Assembly: GCA_045589295.1 (NCBI GenBank)
Contig: JAZNOU010000008.1
Location: 1-55,410, forward strand
DNA: 55,410 bases
Direction of reading: 5' to 3'
Source: Clostridia bacterium
GTDB lineage: Bacteria > Bacillota > Clostridia > RGIG6154
Below are positions 1-9,542 of the stretch, piece after piece. Under the pieces are notes generated by a model that saw only the letters and a list, made by a program, of their open reading frames with translations, was not told where the DNA came from and made no database searches. Every line of letters begins with the position of its first letter. Positions within the stretch are counted from its first letter, which is position 1. A program made the position numbers and the translations under genes.

Positions 1-10
1 AACGAACGAT

Positions 11-319
11 ATGATAGCCGAGAATCAAGCAGACTTAATGAATCAACTACTACAGGAGCTAGCCAAGATGACAAACTATATTCAGAACAAACATACGGAG
101 ACGGTGAAGGATGTGGAGAATGTTTTGAAACAGGATGGGAAACTGAGAGAGAATTTTATTTCAGAGTTCTCCTCGGAGATAAGAACCAACTTAGAAGCCT
201 TGGAGGAAGCGACAGATATGCTGAAAAAGCATCTATTGAAGTTCCTGGCGATTACGATAGGAGCAACAACGTTCTTCTCGACGCTGGTGTCGGTACTCTT
301 ACAGCTGTGGCTTCGTTGA
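11..319 (+). CDS. Hypothetical coiled-coil protein with C-terminal membrane anchor (may start upstream of window)
   Basis: ORF with helical body and hydrophobic C-terminus FLAITIGATTFFSTLVSVLLQLW. Confidence 0.5.
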   Translation: MIAENQADLMNQLLQELAKMTNYIQNKHTETVKDVENVLKQDGKLRENFISEFSSEIRTNLEALEEATDMLKKHLLKFLAITIGATTFFSTLVSVLLQLWLR

Positions 320-576
320 TGGATAACGACCAAGACGATGATCCAAAAGAGAAGAAAAAGAAACTTGATGCCAAGGATGCAGGTTCAAACTTTGGGTTTG
401 CATTAGGTAGTGCTTTAGGACTAGCAGCTGCTCTTTTAGCGAAGAGTAAGCAACAAGACAAGGATATAAACGAAACCCCAACAGAAGAACCTGACGAAGC
501 AGAAGAAATCGACATCGATACATACGAAGAAAGTGAGAATTTAGATGAAGATGAAGGTTTTACAATGCAGATGTGA
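319..576 (+). CDS. Small acidic hypothetical protein with one hydrophobic segment
   Basis: ATG at 319 overlaps the previous stop (TGATG); FGFALGSALGLAAALLA segment; acidic tail; followed by a hairpin. Confidence 0.5.
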   Translation: MDNDQDDDPKEKKKKLDAKDAGSNFGFALGSALGLAAALLAKSKQQDKDINETPTEEPDEAEEIDIDTYEESENLDEDEGFTMQM

Positions 577-578
577 GA

Positions 579-599
579 CAAGCGGACTTGTTCCGCTTG
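579..599 (+). terminator. Putative intrinsic terminator hairpin
   Basis: caagcgga-cttgt-tccgcttg directly after stop; weak U tract. Confidence 0.4.
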
Positions 600-707
600 C
601 TGATTACATACAAAAAATGTAATACATACCGAAATTGCCCCAAAGTAAATATCTTTTAGACAGAAATATAAATAAAATAATGGGATGCACATATTCTATG
701 CAAACAA

Positions 708-736
708 TTGAATTTTGTCGCAATATGTGGTAAAAT
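708..736 (+). promoter_or_regulatory. Sigma-A promoter for Bro-N gene
   Basis: TTGAAT-17 bp-TAAAAT with TG extension; GGAGG RBS before ATG 766. Confidence 0.55.
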
Positions 737-765
737 ATAGCTAAGAAGTTATCGGAGGTTTTATT

Positions 766-1641
766 ATGGATAATAACGATAAGATTCAAGTATTTGAAGA
801 TAAAAAAATTAGAACTGCATGGAACGAAGAAACTGAAGAATGGTATTTCTCTGTTGTAGATGTAGTTGGTGTATTAACAGAACAATCAACGCAACGTGGT
901 GCAAGTAACTATTGGGCGAAGCTTAAGGAACGTCTAAAAGCTGAAGGTGCAGATCAACTGCTGACAAATTGTCAGCAGTTGAAAATGACGGCATCCGATG
1001 GAAAGAAAAGACTTACTGATGTTGCTGATACTGAACAGTTGCTCCGCATCATTCAGTCCATTCCTTCTCCAAAGGCAGAACCGTTCAAGATGTGGCTTGC
1101 ACAGGTCGGCAGAGAAAGAATTGAAGAAACCATCGATCCTGAACTTGCTATTGACAGAGCACTCGAAACCTATCAGAAAAAAGGTTACAGCGAAGAATGG
1201 ATTCACCAAAGACTCTTATCAATTCGTGTGCGAAATGCATTAACTGATGAATGGGACAAGTGTGGAGTTGAAAAAGGTCGTGAATATGCCATCCTTACCG
1301 ATGAAATATCCAAAGCATGGTCAGGTATGACAACGAGGAAATATAAAAATCTTAAAGGGCTTACAAAGGAAAACTTAAGAGATAATATGTCAGACCTTGA
1401 ACTTGTTCTCACTATGCTTGCCGAAGCAACTACAACTGAAATCTCTAAAAGAGAGCAACCGAAATCGTTTGATGAGAATATAAAAATTGCTAAACGCGGA
1501 GGTACCGTTGCCGGAAATGCTCGTAAAGAAATCGAACATGAGACAGGTGATCCTGTTATAACATCCAAAAATGCAGCTGAACTTAATAAGGTTGTAACAG
1601 ATTTGATTGAGGGAATTGCAGAAGATACGGATGGAAAATGA
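766..1641 (+). CDS. Bro-N domain protein (phage antirepressor-like)
   Basis: N-terminal IRTAWNEETEEWYFSVVDVV...PSPKAEPFKMWLA typical of Bro-N; C-terminal ENLRDNM motif. Confidence 0.8.
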   Translation: MDNNDKIQVFEDKKIRTAWNEETEEWYFSVVDVVGVLTEQSTQRGASNYWAKLKERLKAEGADQLLTNCQQLKMTASDGKKRLTDVADTEQLLRIIQSIPSPKAEPFKMWLAQVGRERIEETIDPELAIDRALETYQKKGYSEEWIHQRLLSIRVRNALTDEWDKCGVEKGREYAILTDEISKAWSGMTTRKYKNLKGLTKENLRDNMSDLELVLTMLAEATTTEISKREQPKSFDENIKIAKRGGTVAGNARKEIEHETGDPVITSKNAAELNKVVTDLIEGIAEDTDGK

Positions 1642-1695
1642 TTATTGTATGATAATACTTCTGTTAGAAAAATTGCAAAAAGAGAGATGATTGGT

Positions 1696-2499
1696 ATGTC
1701 AGAATTGAATAGCATGATTAATATATTGTATGAACAGTATTATAAATGCTATCCATATATGGAAAGAATACCTGTCAATATAGAGTTCACAGATGATTTG
1801 ACTAAGAAGCATCTTGAATTGCGTTCAGATATAAAGGAACGCTTAATTGAAGAGGACATTGATTCTCAAAAATATTTTAATGGGAGAATGGTGCCTCCTT
1901 ATGACATTACAGACAATATAAATATATTGCTTAATACAAATAAAGTTATACAGTATTGTAATGATGGTTCATTCACATGGATTGGTACTTTTGCACATGA
2001 GTTGACACATGCAATAGATTTTTATATGATGGCACGAAAAGAAAATTTAAAAACTTATGACACATTGCAAGAACGTTCTATATATTTAATGTTCCAACTG
2101 TGGTCGGAATATCACGCAAGAAAACTTGGATATAATTTTTTGAGAAAAGTATTAGGAGTTGACGAGCATACATCATGTTCCAGCCAAGAACGAATTGACC
2201 ATATTAAGAATACAGAATGGCCTGAACACAGAAAACGTCATTTTGAAGAGTATCACCAAAACAGAAATGGAAATAATCAAATGTATATAACAATGCAACT
2301 CCTTGGACGTTATTCGGTTTGGTGTGATTTGTTTCCAGATAACTTTAATGAAGATGCTTTTGCTAGAGACTTCATAAATGAAACGTGGATGTGTCATTTG
2401 TTTTCATTTATGAGACAACATGAAACATTAGACACTATATATGGTAATTTCGACTTAATGGAATCGATAATAAATGAAAACTGGCTATTAGGAAAATAA
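1696..2499 (+). CDS. HExxH zinc-metallopeptidase-like hypothetical protein (start uncertain, ORF open from 1645)
   Basis: FAHELTHAID motif followed by WSEYHA (candidate third ligand). Confidence 0.55.
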   Translation: MSELNSMINILYEQYYKCYPYMERIPVNIEFTDDLTKKHLELRSDIKERLIEEDIDSQKYFNGRMVPPYDITDNINILLNTNKVIQYCNDGSFTWIGTFAHELTHAIDFYMMARKENLKTYDTLQERSIYLMFQLWSEYHARKLGYNFLRKVLGVDEHTSCSSQERIDHIKNTEWPEHRKRHFEEYHQNRNGNNQMYITMQLLGRYSVWCDLFPDNFNEDAFARDFINETWMCHLFSFMRQHETLDTIYGNFDLMESIINENWLLGK

Positions 2500-2795
2500 A
2501 ATAATTGGAATGAATATTTAGAACACGTTAATATCTTACAAAGATTGTTTACTGCCTAGGGTTATAAATATTTGGAGCCTATAAAACTTAAAAAGAAAAT
2601 GCATCATAATACAGCAATTATAAGCAAAGATGAAATAACCATAAATGATATTATAAATAGATCACCAGAAACACTTTATCCGATTGATAAAAATTTTGAA
2701 AATTGGACAAAGTCACCCGTGGAGCGTTGATGGGTTTATAGAATGTTGTTTGAAAATTAAGAATAGATACTGATTTAATAATAAATGGTGAAATT

Positions 2796-3824
2796 ATGGA
2801 CAAGAAAGAACTTAAAGTAAAATTAAAAACCTACCAAAAGGATAGCATTAAAAAAAGTATATTTGAAACATCAGAAGCTACATATAACAAGGATAAGTGC
2901 ATTACTGGCGGATTAAAAACATTATCTATGCATAATTCTGTTACAAGAGAACTTATCAGTTCTGCATTGGATAAACATAATACCACTAATATCTTTAAAA
3001 GATTACAAGAGAAATTTAAAGAATTATATTCATATGACGCAGACGAATTACAGTTAATAGATAATAGAAGTATGAATATTATGGGAGCATTTATTGATGA
3101 TAAATATGTGTTTTTTGATAGTTTTCTAGAAGAAACACTAAATCCATTCTTTATTATTACAATTATATGGGCTAAATATTTTGATGACAAAGATAAGTAC
3201 GGTAAGTTTTTTAATTATCTGACCGGTGCATTATATGCTGTCATTAAGGATAAAGGTATGTATAATATATACGAAAACCAATACATAAAAGATGAAATAA
3301 GCCAATGGACTAGTACAGTTAATTTGGCGGTTTTCTGTCAATATTTTTGTATGTATTTTTGCTTGGCTCATGAAATTGCACATGGATATATAAAATCAAG
3401 ATCAATGAACTTGAGTTCAAGAGATGAAGAATACAAAGCAGACAGTATTGCTTATGAAGTAGTATTGGGTTTAATGGAAGATGAGGAAGCGTCAAATGTT
3501 TCTGTGCAAGACAGAGAACTGGTTGAATATTGTTATTTAGCTCCAATGATGTTATTTGACATGTGGGATTTGATTTTCTATACAGAGCGTGTATTGTTTC
3601 AAAGGACAATTGTTAATGATTCTCATCCTTCTATTAAAAAGAGAAAGGAAAACTTGTTTTCAATTCCATATGATGACGACAAGTTTAAATTTGATACAGA
3701 AGAAGGAAATGCAGTTTATAATGCATTTACCGATGTTATCGATAAATACAAAACCGAATTATTATATAGGAATGAACGTGGTCAGATAGATGAATTGATA
3801 AGATATATAACGGAAGGAAACTAG
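2796..3824 (+). CDS. Zinc metallopeptidase, M48/U49 (Lit)-like
   Basis: LAHEIAH ... EEYKAD ... SHPSIKKR motif order shared by M48 and U49 peptidases. Confidence 0.6.
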   Translation: MDKKELKVKLKTYQKDSIKKSIFETSEATYNKDKCITGGLKTLSMHNSVTRELISSALDKHNTTNIFKRLQEKFKELYSYDADELQLIDNRSMNIMGAFIDDKYVFFDSFLEETLNPFFIITIIWAKYFDDKDKYGKFFNYLTGALYAVIKDKGMYNIYENQYIKDEISQWTSTVNLAVFCQYFCMYFCLAHEIAHGYIKSRSMNLSSRDEEYKADSIAYEVVLGLMEDEEASNVSVQDRELVEYCYLAPMMLFDMWDLIFYTERVLFQRTIVNDSHPSIKKRKENLFSIPYDDDKFKFDTEEGNAVYNAFTDVIDKYKTELLYRNERGQIDELIRYITEGN

Positions 3825-3829
3825 ATATA

Positions 3830-4393
3830 ATGGATGATAAAAATATTGATGAAATTTTAGAAAAAGTTATTGTTACATTACATGATGAAAGTGTTTCTAA
3901 TAATATTGATAATAGAATCCAAGATGTATTTCTTAAAGATTGCTTCTATGTGGAAAGAAATACAAGCGAACGGAAAAATCTATTATTCTTATCAAAAAAC
4001 TCTTGCTCGGTTAAAATGTCTAATATATCAATTGATTTAAAAAAAGCAATTGAAACAGTCATAGAAGTATATCTTACATCAGAGGTTTCTAATAACATAG
4101 TTAGCGCTATTAAGATGTTTATACTTGTAATAGTTAAAATATTAAATTTATCTACTACAAAAGTAGATAAAGAACAAGCTAATATAATTAGAAAATTACA
4201 TTTAGCTAATGCATATGAATTTCCAATACAAATTCAAAAATTAAAAGAATTGGTAAACGAAGACATAAATAATGAGATGTCCTATCGCAATATAGATAGA
4301 ATACTAGATGAACTATGCCAACTTAAAATAATAGATATCATTGATGAACAAGTCATACTCAAAGAAAAAGTTGTTTTGGATATTGCTCGTTAA
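3830..4393 (+). CDS. Hypothetical protein coupled to peptidase gene; possible C-terminal winged helix
   Basis: 5-bp gap from upstream gene; C-terminal IDRILDELCQLKIIDIIDEQVIL pattern. Confidence 0.55.
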   Translation: MDDKNIDEILEKVIVTLHDESVSNNIDNRIQDVFLKDCFYVERNTSERKNLLFLSKNSCSVKMSNISIDLKKAIETVIEVYLTSEVSNNIVSAIKMFILVIVKILNLSTTKVDKEQANIIRKLHLANAYEFPIQIQKLKELVNEDINNEMSYRNIDRILDELCQLKIIDIIDEQVILKEKVVLDIAR

Positions 4394-4414
4394 TATTAAG
4401 CGGAGGTAAATAAG

Positions 4415-4963
4415 GTGAATTTTGAAGAAAAAATAAGAAAAGTACATGCAGATGAAGTAAAGAAAATAAATAAAGACTTTATGAGAGATACAAAATCAAA
4501 TGAAATTCTTATTATAATACTCAAGTCGCACTTATATATTGAGCGGGAATTAATAAAAACTTTAACTGAGACTATCATTGACGAAAAAATTCTTGTTGGA
4601 ACTACATTTAGACAAAAACTTGATTTGGCAAATTCTATGGGAATAATAGAAGGGCTATATGGAGCATTAGGCAAGGTTAATTCGGTTAGAAATTCATATG
4701 CCCATGACGTTTCTTACGAATTTGGTGAAAAGGAGTTTGAAGATCTGCTTTCAACCCTTTCAAAAGAAGATAAAGAAGATTTTATTTCGGATTATAATGG
4801 ATGGAAACCATTTTTGTACGATGGTACAATTCCAGAGTTTAATTTTAAACTACAATTATTGCTAAATAATATATGGTTTTCCATGACTTCTTGCCGTGCA
4901 TTTGCAAAAAAGGCAATAGAGCTAAAATTACAGGAAAAGGAAATAAAGAATGTTATGAAGTAG
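4415..4963 (+). CDS. HEPN-superfamily (MtlR-like) protein
   Basis: Rx4H motif RNSYAH preceded by F..KLDLA..MGII; N-terminal HLYIE; GGAGG RBS with GTG start. Confidence 0.6.
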   Translation: MNFEEKIRKVHADEVKKINKDFMRDTKSNEILIIILKSHLYIERELIKTLTETIIDEKILVGTTFRQKLDLANSMGIIEGLYGALGKVNSVRNSYAHDVSYEFGEKEFEDLLSTLSKEDKEDFISDYNGWKPFLYDGTIPEFNFKLQLLLNNIWFSMTSCRAFAKKAIELKLQEKEIKNVMK

Positions 4964-5014
4964 GCGAAGAATCAAGATTAATTCGCTTTGATTAAGAAAA
5001 CATGCATCAATTAT

Positions 5015-5073
5015 ATTCCTTCGTTGACTTGCCATCTTTCTTGTGATATTGTATGTGTTGCCAAAGGAGGTGA
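5015..5073 (+). repeat. Promoter+RBS module, copy 1 (similar to 17284-17341)
   Basis: attccttcgTTGACTtgccatctttcttgTGaTATTGTatgtgttgccaaAGGAGGTGa. Confidence 0.7.
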
Positions 5074-5078
5074 CACGA

Positions 5079-5300
5079 ATGGCAAAGTATACATTAGAAG
5101 ATGTTATGTACGGCGACAAGTACGGCATAGAAAGTGCTGTGTTTTCAGAAGTATTCAGGTTGGTTGAACAAAAAGTTGATGCTAAGAAAATACGGGGACA
5201 ACTTAATACGATTTATGTCAAGCACGCACTGCTTGTAGCAAAGAAAATGCACGATGAAGGCGATTGTGTTTCGGATAACGAAATTACAATCGCCTTTTAA
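5079..5300 (+). CDS. Small hypothetical protein (73 aa)
   Basis: AAAGGAGGTG RBS before ATG 5079; own promoter. Confidence 0.6.
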   Translation: MAKYTLEDVMYGDKYGIESAVFSEVFRLVEQKVDAKKIRGQLNTIYVKHALLVAKKMHDEGDCVSDNEITIAF

Positions 5301-5385
5301 CATGTAAATAAAACGCAAATCATTGACAACTCTTATATAATTTATCCTTGGTGGTAAAATAAAAATCAAAGGAGTTGATTCAAAA

Positions 5386-6243
5386 ATGAGAAAAATCACA
5401 AACGAACTAATAACAAAATTTAAAGAATATTTGATTGACGAGGAAAAGACAGTGGCAACACTCGATAAGTATATCAGGGACATAACTGTATTTATGCAAT
5501 GGTCCAATGACAAAGAATTATGCAAGAGCCTTGTGCTGGAGTATAAACAAGAGATAATAGAAAAATACGCACCGGCAAGTGTAAATTCAATTATATCTTC
5601 CCTCAATAGTTTCTTCGTATACAACGAATGGTATGACCTAAAGGTAAAATCTATTAAAATTCAAAAGCAGATTTTTGCTAATAAGGACAAAGAACTCACT
5701 AAAGCAGAATATGAAAGACTGCTCAAAGTGGCGAAGAGTAAAAATAATCAGAGATTATATTATTTAATGCAGACAATTTGTTCTTCGGGTTTGAGAGTGT
5801 CAGAATTAAAATATGTAACTACAGACGCCGTAAGATGTGGTAAGGCAACAATAAACTGTAAAGGCAAAATGAGAATTGTTATACTTCCCAAGCAGCTTTG
5901 TAAAATGCTTAAAGGTTATATAAAGGAAAACAATATAGAAAGCGGTTCCGTATTCGTCAGTAAGAACGGAAAGCCGCTTGACAGGTCAAATATATGGTCT
6001 GATATGAAAAGGTTATGCGAAAGTGCAGGGGTATCAAAAGATAAAGTATTCCCCCATAATCTCCGCCATTTATTCGCACGCACCTACTACTCCCTTCAAA
6101 AAGATGTGGTAAGACTTGCAGATATTCTCGGACATTCAAATGTAAATACTACAAGAATTTATACTATGAGTACTGGCGAAACACATAGGCAACAATTACA
6201 GAAACTCGGGCTTTTGTTGTGTGAAAATAAAAAGACCACATAA
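5386..6243 (+). CDS. Tyrosine recombinase (XerC/D-like), probable invertase for 6235-6487
   Basis: GLRVSEL, HNLRH, LGHS..TTRIY catalytic motifs; AAGGAG RBS; stop codon lies inside the left inverted repeat. Confidence 0.92.
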   Translation: MRKITNELITKFKEYLIDEEKTVATLDKYIRDITVFMQWSNDKELCKSLVLEYKQEIIEKYAPASVNSIISSLNSFFVYNEWYDLKVKSIKIQKQIFANKDKELTKAEYERLLKVAKSKNNQRLYYLMQTICSSGLRVSELKYVTTDAVRCGKATINCKGKMRIVILPKQLCKMLKGYIKENNIESGSVFVSKNGKPLDRSNIWSDMKRLCESAGVSKDKVFPHNLRHLFARTYYSLQKDVVRLADILGHSNVNTTRIYTMSTGETHRQQLQKLGLLLCENKKTT

Positions 6244-6258
6244 TGAGTATTATGTGGT
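6235..6258 (+). repeat. Left recombination site (dif-like palindrome with asymmetric core)
   Basis: accacataa-tgagta-ttatgtggt; its reverse complement matches 6464-6487 at 23/24 positions. Confidence 0.85.
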
Positions 6259-6293
6259 GTAGAAAATTGTAAAATACATAATTTTACTACTAA

Positions 6294-6322
6294 ATTATAC
6301 TATAAAACGAGTAAAAAGTCAA
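6294..6322 (-). promoter_or_regulatory. Sigma-A promoter inside invertible segment, pointing away from the NRPS operon
   Basis: Minus strand TTGACT-ttttactcgttttatag(17)-TATAAT. Confidence 0.8.
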
Positions 6323-6369
6323 TGATTGCGGAATATTTCTAATAATTTTATAAATAAAGACAGCAAAAC

Positions 6370-6404
6370 TAGACCAATAGCAAAAAAAGTAGTTTATTGG
6401 TCTA
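6370..6404. promoter_or_regulatory. Inverted repeat within invertible segment (operator or hairpin)
   Basis: tagaccaata-15 nt-tattggtcta perfect 10-bp arms. Confidence 0.4.
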
Positions 6405-6463
6405 AAAATCATTGAATTTTTGAATATTAATAAGATAACTTAAACCATATATAATCCTGCTTT

Positions 6464-6487
6464 ACCACATAATACTCATTATGTAGT
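6464..6487 (-). repeat. Right recombination site, inverted relative to 6235-6258
   Basis: accacataa-tactca-ttatgtagt. Confidence 0.85.
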
Positions 6488-6514
6488 GTTTATAATTTAT
6501 TGGAGTAAAAATAT

Positions 6515-8065
6515 ATGAAAAACTACGAATTAAATAAAACGCCTTATATAGAGAATTTGAAAGAACTTGTTAATCTTCGTGCTACTATGCCCAACGAAAT
6601 TGCTTTTAAATATAAAAAGAAAAAAGAAATCATTGAAATAACTGCAAAGCAGTTTAAAAATGAAATTGAATGTCTGGGTACATATCTTTACAGTCAAGGA
6701 ATCAAAGACAGTAAAGTTGCTCTTATTGGTGAAAACAGTTATCAATGGATACTTTCATATTTCTCTGTTGCAAATGGCGGAAATATCATTGTGCCCATAG
6801 ATAAAGAACTGTCAAATGATGATATTGCAGACTTAATTAAGCAAAGTGGTGCTGTCGCTCTTATATATGCAGACAGCTATTCTGATATTGCAGATGAGCA
6901 CAAGCACTTACAGTTGTTCAATATGAAAGAGTTTGATACATATGTTTCCGAGGGCAAAAAACTCATTGATGATGGTAGCAAAGACTTTGTTGATTATGAA
7001 ATCGACAATAAAAAACTTTGCTCTATCATATACACATCGGGTACAACCGGAAAACCAAAGGGTGTGATGCTTTGTCATAAGAATTTTGCAGCGGATATTA
7101 TAAGCTCTTGTGAGAACGTATATATTGCTGGTTCATCAATGCTTACTCTTCCTTTGCATCATACCTTTGCATTTTCTACGAGTGTTCTCTCAATGCTTTT
7201 AAAAGGTGTCTCGATTCCTATAAATTCAAGTTTGAGAACATTCAAGCAAGACTTAAAAGATTTCAAACCGCAGAATATGTTCTTAGTTCCGCTTTATGTG
7301 GAAACTATGTATAAAAATATATGGACTACCGCAGATGAACAAGGCAAAACAAAACTTTTAAAGACAATGCTTAAAATAAGCAATGCTTTGCGTAAGGTTG
7401 GAATTGACATCAGAAGAAAAGTTTTTAAAAGTGTTCTTGATGCCTTTGGTGGAGAACTTGATTTAATTGTATCAGGCGGTGCTCCGATAAATGAAAAGTA
7501 CACAAAATGCTTTGATGATTTGGGAATTAAAGTTCTTAATGGTTATGGCATAACAGAATGTTCTCCCGTCGTGGCAGTAAATAGAAACGAAAACCCTGTA
7601 AATGATAGTGTCGGTCTTCTTCTTTCTTGCAATAAGGCAAAGGAAAAAGACGGAGAAATTTTAGTCAAGGGCGATAATGTTATGCTTGGTTATTATGAGG
7701 ATAAACAAGCAACAAAAGATGCCTTCGATGACGGATGGTTTAAAACCGGAGACCTGGGTTATATCAAAGATAATCATTTGTTTATCACCGGAAGAAAAAA
7801 GAACCTTATCATACTTTCAAATGGTAAGAATGTATCTCCCGAAGAACTTGAAGAAAAGATTCAATTGATTGAAAATGTTATTGAGGTTTTAGTATATGCA
7901 GAAAATGATACCATTACCGCAGAAATATACGCAGAAAACACTGATAACATTCAAAATGATATAAATGAACTGAACAAATCTTTACCGCTTTATAAGCAGA
8001 TTTCAAAGGTAAAGTTCAGAGATACAGAATTTGTGAAAACAACAACAAAAAAGATTAAAAGATAG
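6515..8065 (+). CDS. Long-chain fatty acyl-AMP/CoA ligase (AMP-binding enzyme)
   Basis: IIYTSGTTGKPKG, GYGITE, FKTGDLG, GRKKNLIILSNGKNVSPEELE. Confidence 0.9.
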   Translation: MKNYELNKTPYIENLKELVNLRATMPNEIAFKYKKKKEIIEITAKQFKNEIECLGTYLYSQGIKDSKVALIGENSYQWILSYFSVANGGNIIVPIDKELSNDDIADLIKQSGAVALIYADSYSDIADEHKHLQLFNMKEFDTYVSEGKKLIDDGSKDFVDYEIDNKKLCSIIYTSGTTGKPKGVMLCHKNFAADIISSCENVYIAGSSMLTLPLHHTFAFSTSVLSMLLKGVSIPINSSLRTFKQDLKDFKPQNMFLVPLYVETMYKNIWTTADEQGKTKLLKTMLKISNALRKVGIDIRRKVFKSVLDAFGGELDLIVSGGAPINEKYTKCFDDLGIKVLNGYGITECSPVVAVNRNENPVNDSVGLLLSCNKAKEKDGEILVKGDNVMLGYYEDKQATKDAFDDGWFKTGDLGYIKDNHLFITGRKKNLIILSNGKNVSPEELEEKIQLIENVIEVLVYAENDTITAEIYAENTDNIQNDINELNKSLPLYKQISKVKFRDTEFVKTTTKKIKR

Positions 8066-8081
8066 ATTGGAGAAATTGACA

Positions 8082-8294
8082 ATGTTAGAAAGAATTGCAG
8101 AAATACTTTCAAAATATACAAAAGAAGAAATCACAGTAGAATCTACTCTTGTGAATGATTTGGGACTGTCGTCATTTGACATAGTGTCAATTGTAACAGC
8201 ATTTGAAGATGAATTTGACATAGAAATTTCAGACAGAGATATCCGTACGCTTGTATCTGTTGCAGATATCATGGACTACATCGAAAACAACTAA
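8082..8294 (+). CDS. Acyl carrier protein
   Basis: DLGLSSFD phosphopantetheine-site motif, EDEFDIEI; GGAG RBS before ATG 8082. Confidence 0.9.
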   Translation: MLERIAEILSKYTKEEITVESTLVNDLGLSSFDIVSIVTAFEDEFDIEISDRDIRTLVSVADIMDYIENN

Positions 8295-8310
8295 TTGAAA
8301 GGAACAGCTA

Positions 8311-9525
8311 ATGTATCATTTAACAAAACCACAAAAACTAATATACGATATGGAAAAATTTGCAGGCGGTAGCATTGCTACGGTCTGTGGCAGTATTATC
8401 ATAAAAGGGAAAAAAGATATTGAAACACTTTCAGATGCAGTAAATGAACTTTACCGTTTTAATGATGCTTTAAGAATCAAAATTATTGAAGAAGATGGTA
8501 TTCCATATCAAATTATAACAGAATATAAAGAACAAGAAATCAATGTGCTCCGCTTTAAAGATAAAGTAGAGCTTAACAATTATGCAGAAAAATATGCCAA
8601 AGAACCTATGGACTTTTATGGTTCTCTTTGTGATGCCAATATCATAGTCTTAGAGGATAGTTATGGCATACTCGTAAAGCTCCATCACATTATTAGCGAT
8701 GCATGGACGCTTTCCTTAATCGGGAACCAATTTAATGCTTTGCTAAACGGTGAAATTCCAGAGGTATATTCATACTTTGATTATGCTACATCCGAGAACG
8801 AATATATCGAAGGCAAACGATATCAAAAGGATAAGGCGTATTTTATCGATAATTTCAAAAAGTGTGATGAAGTTACATATTTATCGGATAGGCAATCAAA
8901 ATCTGCTGTTACAAACCGAAAAACTTTTGTTGTAGACAAAAACATAACCTCAAAAATCGTAAAATATGCCGGATGTCAAAACACTTCCGTATTTATGGTG
9001 CTTATGACTGCGGTCGCAGTCTATATAAACAGAGTTAAAATGAACAAGGAAAAGTTTTATATCGGCACGGCTGTTTTAAATCGTTCTAATATACAGGAAA
9101 AGAATACAATGGGAATGTTTATAAACACTATTCCTATGCTTATTGAACTTGATAATGATAAGACTTTTGAAGAAAATTTAGAGAACATTTCCAATGAATG
9201 TTATGCAGTTCTTCGCCATCAAAAATTTAATTATGGAGATATACTTTCTACACTCCGTAATGAGTTTAAGTTTGACGGCAATCTTTACGATGTTATGCTT
9301 AGTTATCAAAATGCAAAAATAGTCGGTGAAAATTTTGAAAGCACCTGGTATCACTGCGGAATGTCTACAGATAGTTTGGAGATTCATATTGATGACCGTG
9401 ATAGTGAAGGTATCTTTAAAATTCATTATGATTATCAAGTTGAAAAATTTACAGAAAATGAAATCGAGAGAATGCATGGGCATATATTTAATTTGCTGTT
9501 TGATGCAATGAGTTGGTTCAATTAA
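8311..9525 (+). CDS. Stand-alone NRPS condensation domain
   Basis: LTKPQKLIY start, HHIISDAW active site, MGMFINTIP, RHQKFNY motifs. Confidence 0.9.
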   Translation: MYHLTKPQKLIYDMEKFAGGSIATVCGSIIIKGKKDIETLSDAVNELYRFNDALRIKIIEEDGIPYQIITEYKEQEINVLRFKDKVELNNYAEKYAKEPMDFYGSLCDANIIVLEDSYGILVKLHHIISDAWTLSLIGNQFNALLNGEIPEVYSYFDYATSENEYIEGKRYQKDKAYFIDNFKKCDEVTYLSDRQSKSAVTNRKTFVVDKNITSKIVKYAGCQNTSVFMVLMTAVAVYINRVKMNKEKFYIGTAVLNRSNIQEKNTMGMFINTIPMLIELDNDKTFEENLENISNECYAVLRHQKFNYGDILSTLRNEFKFDGNLYDVMLSYQNAKIVGENFESTWYHCGMSTDSLEIHIDDRDSEGIFKIHYDYQVEKFTENEIERMHGHIFNLLFDAMSWFN

Positions 9526-9542
9526 TCATAAGAGGTAACGCA

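Noticed and set aside
6235-6258. Chromosomal dif site
   Set aside because: Resembles dif but occurs as an inverted pair next to its own recombinase inside a mobile element.
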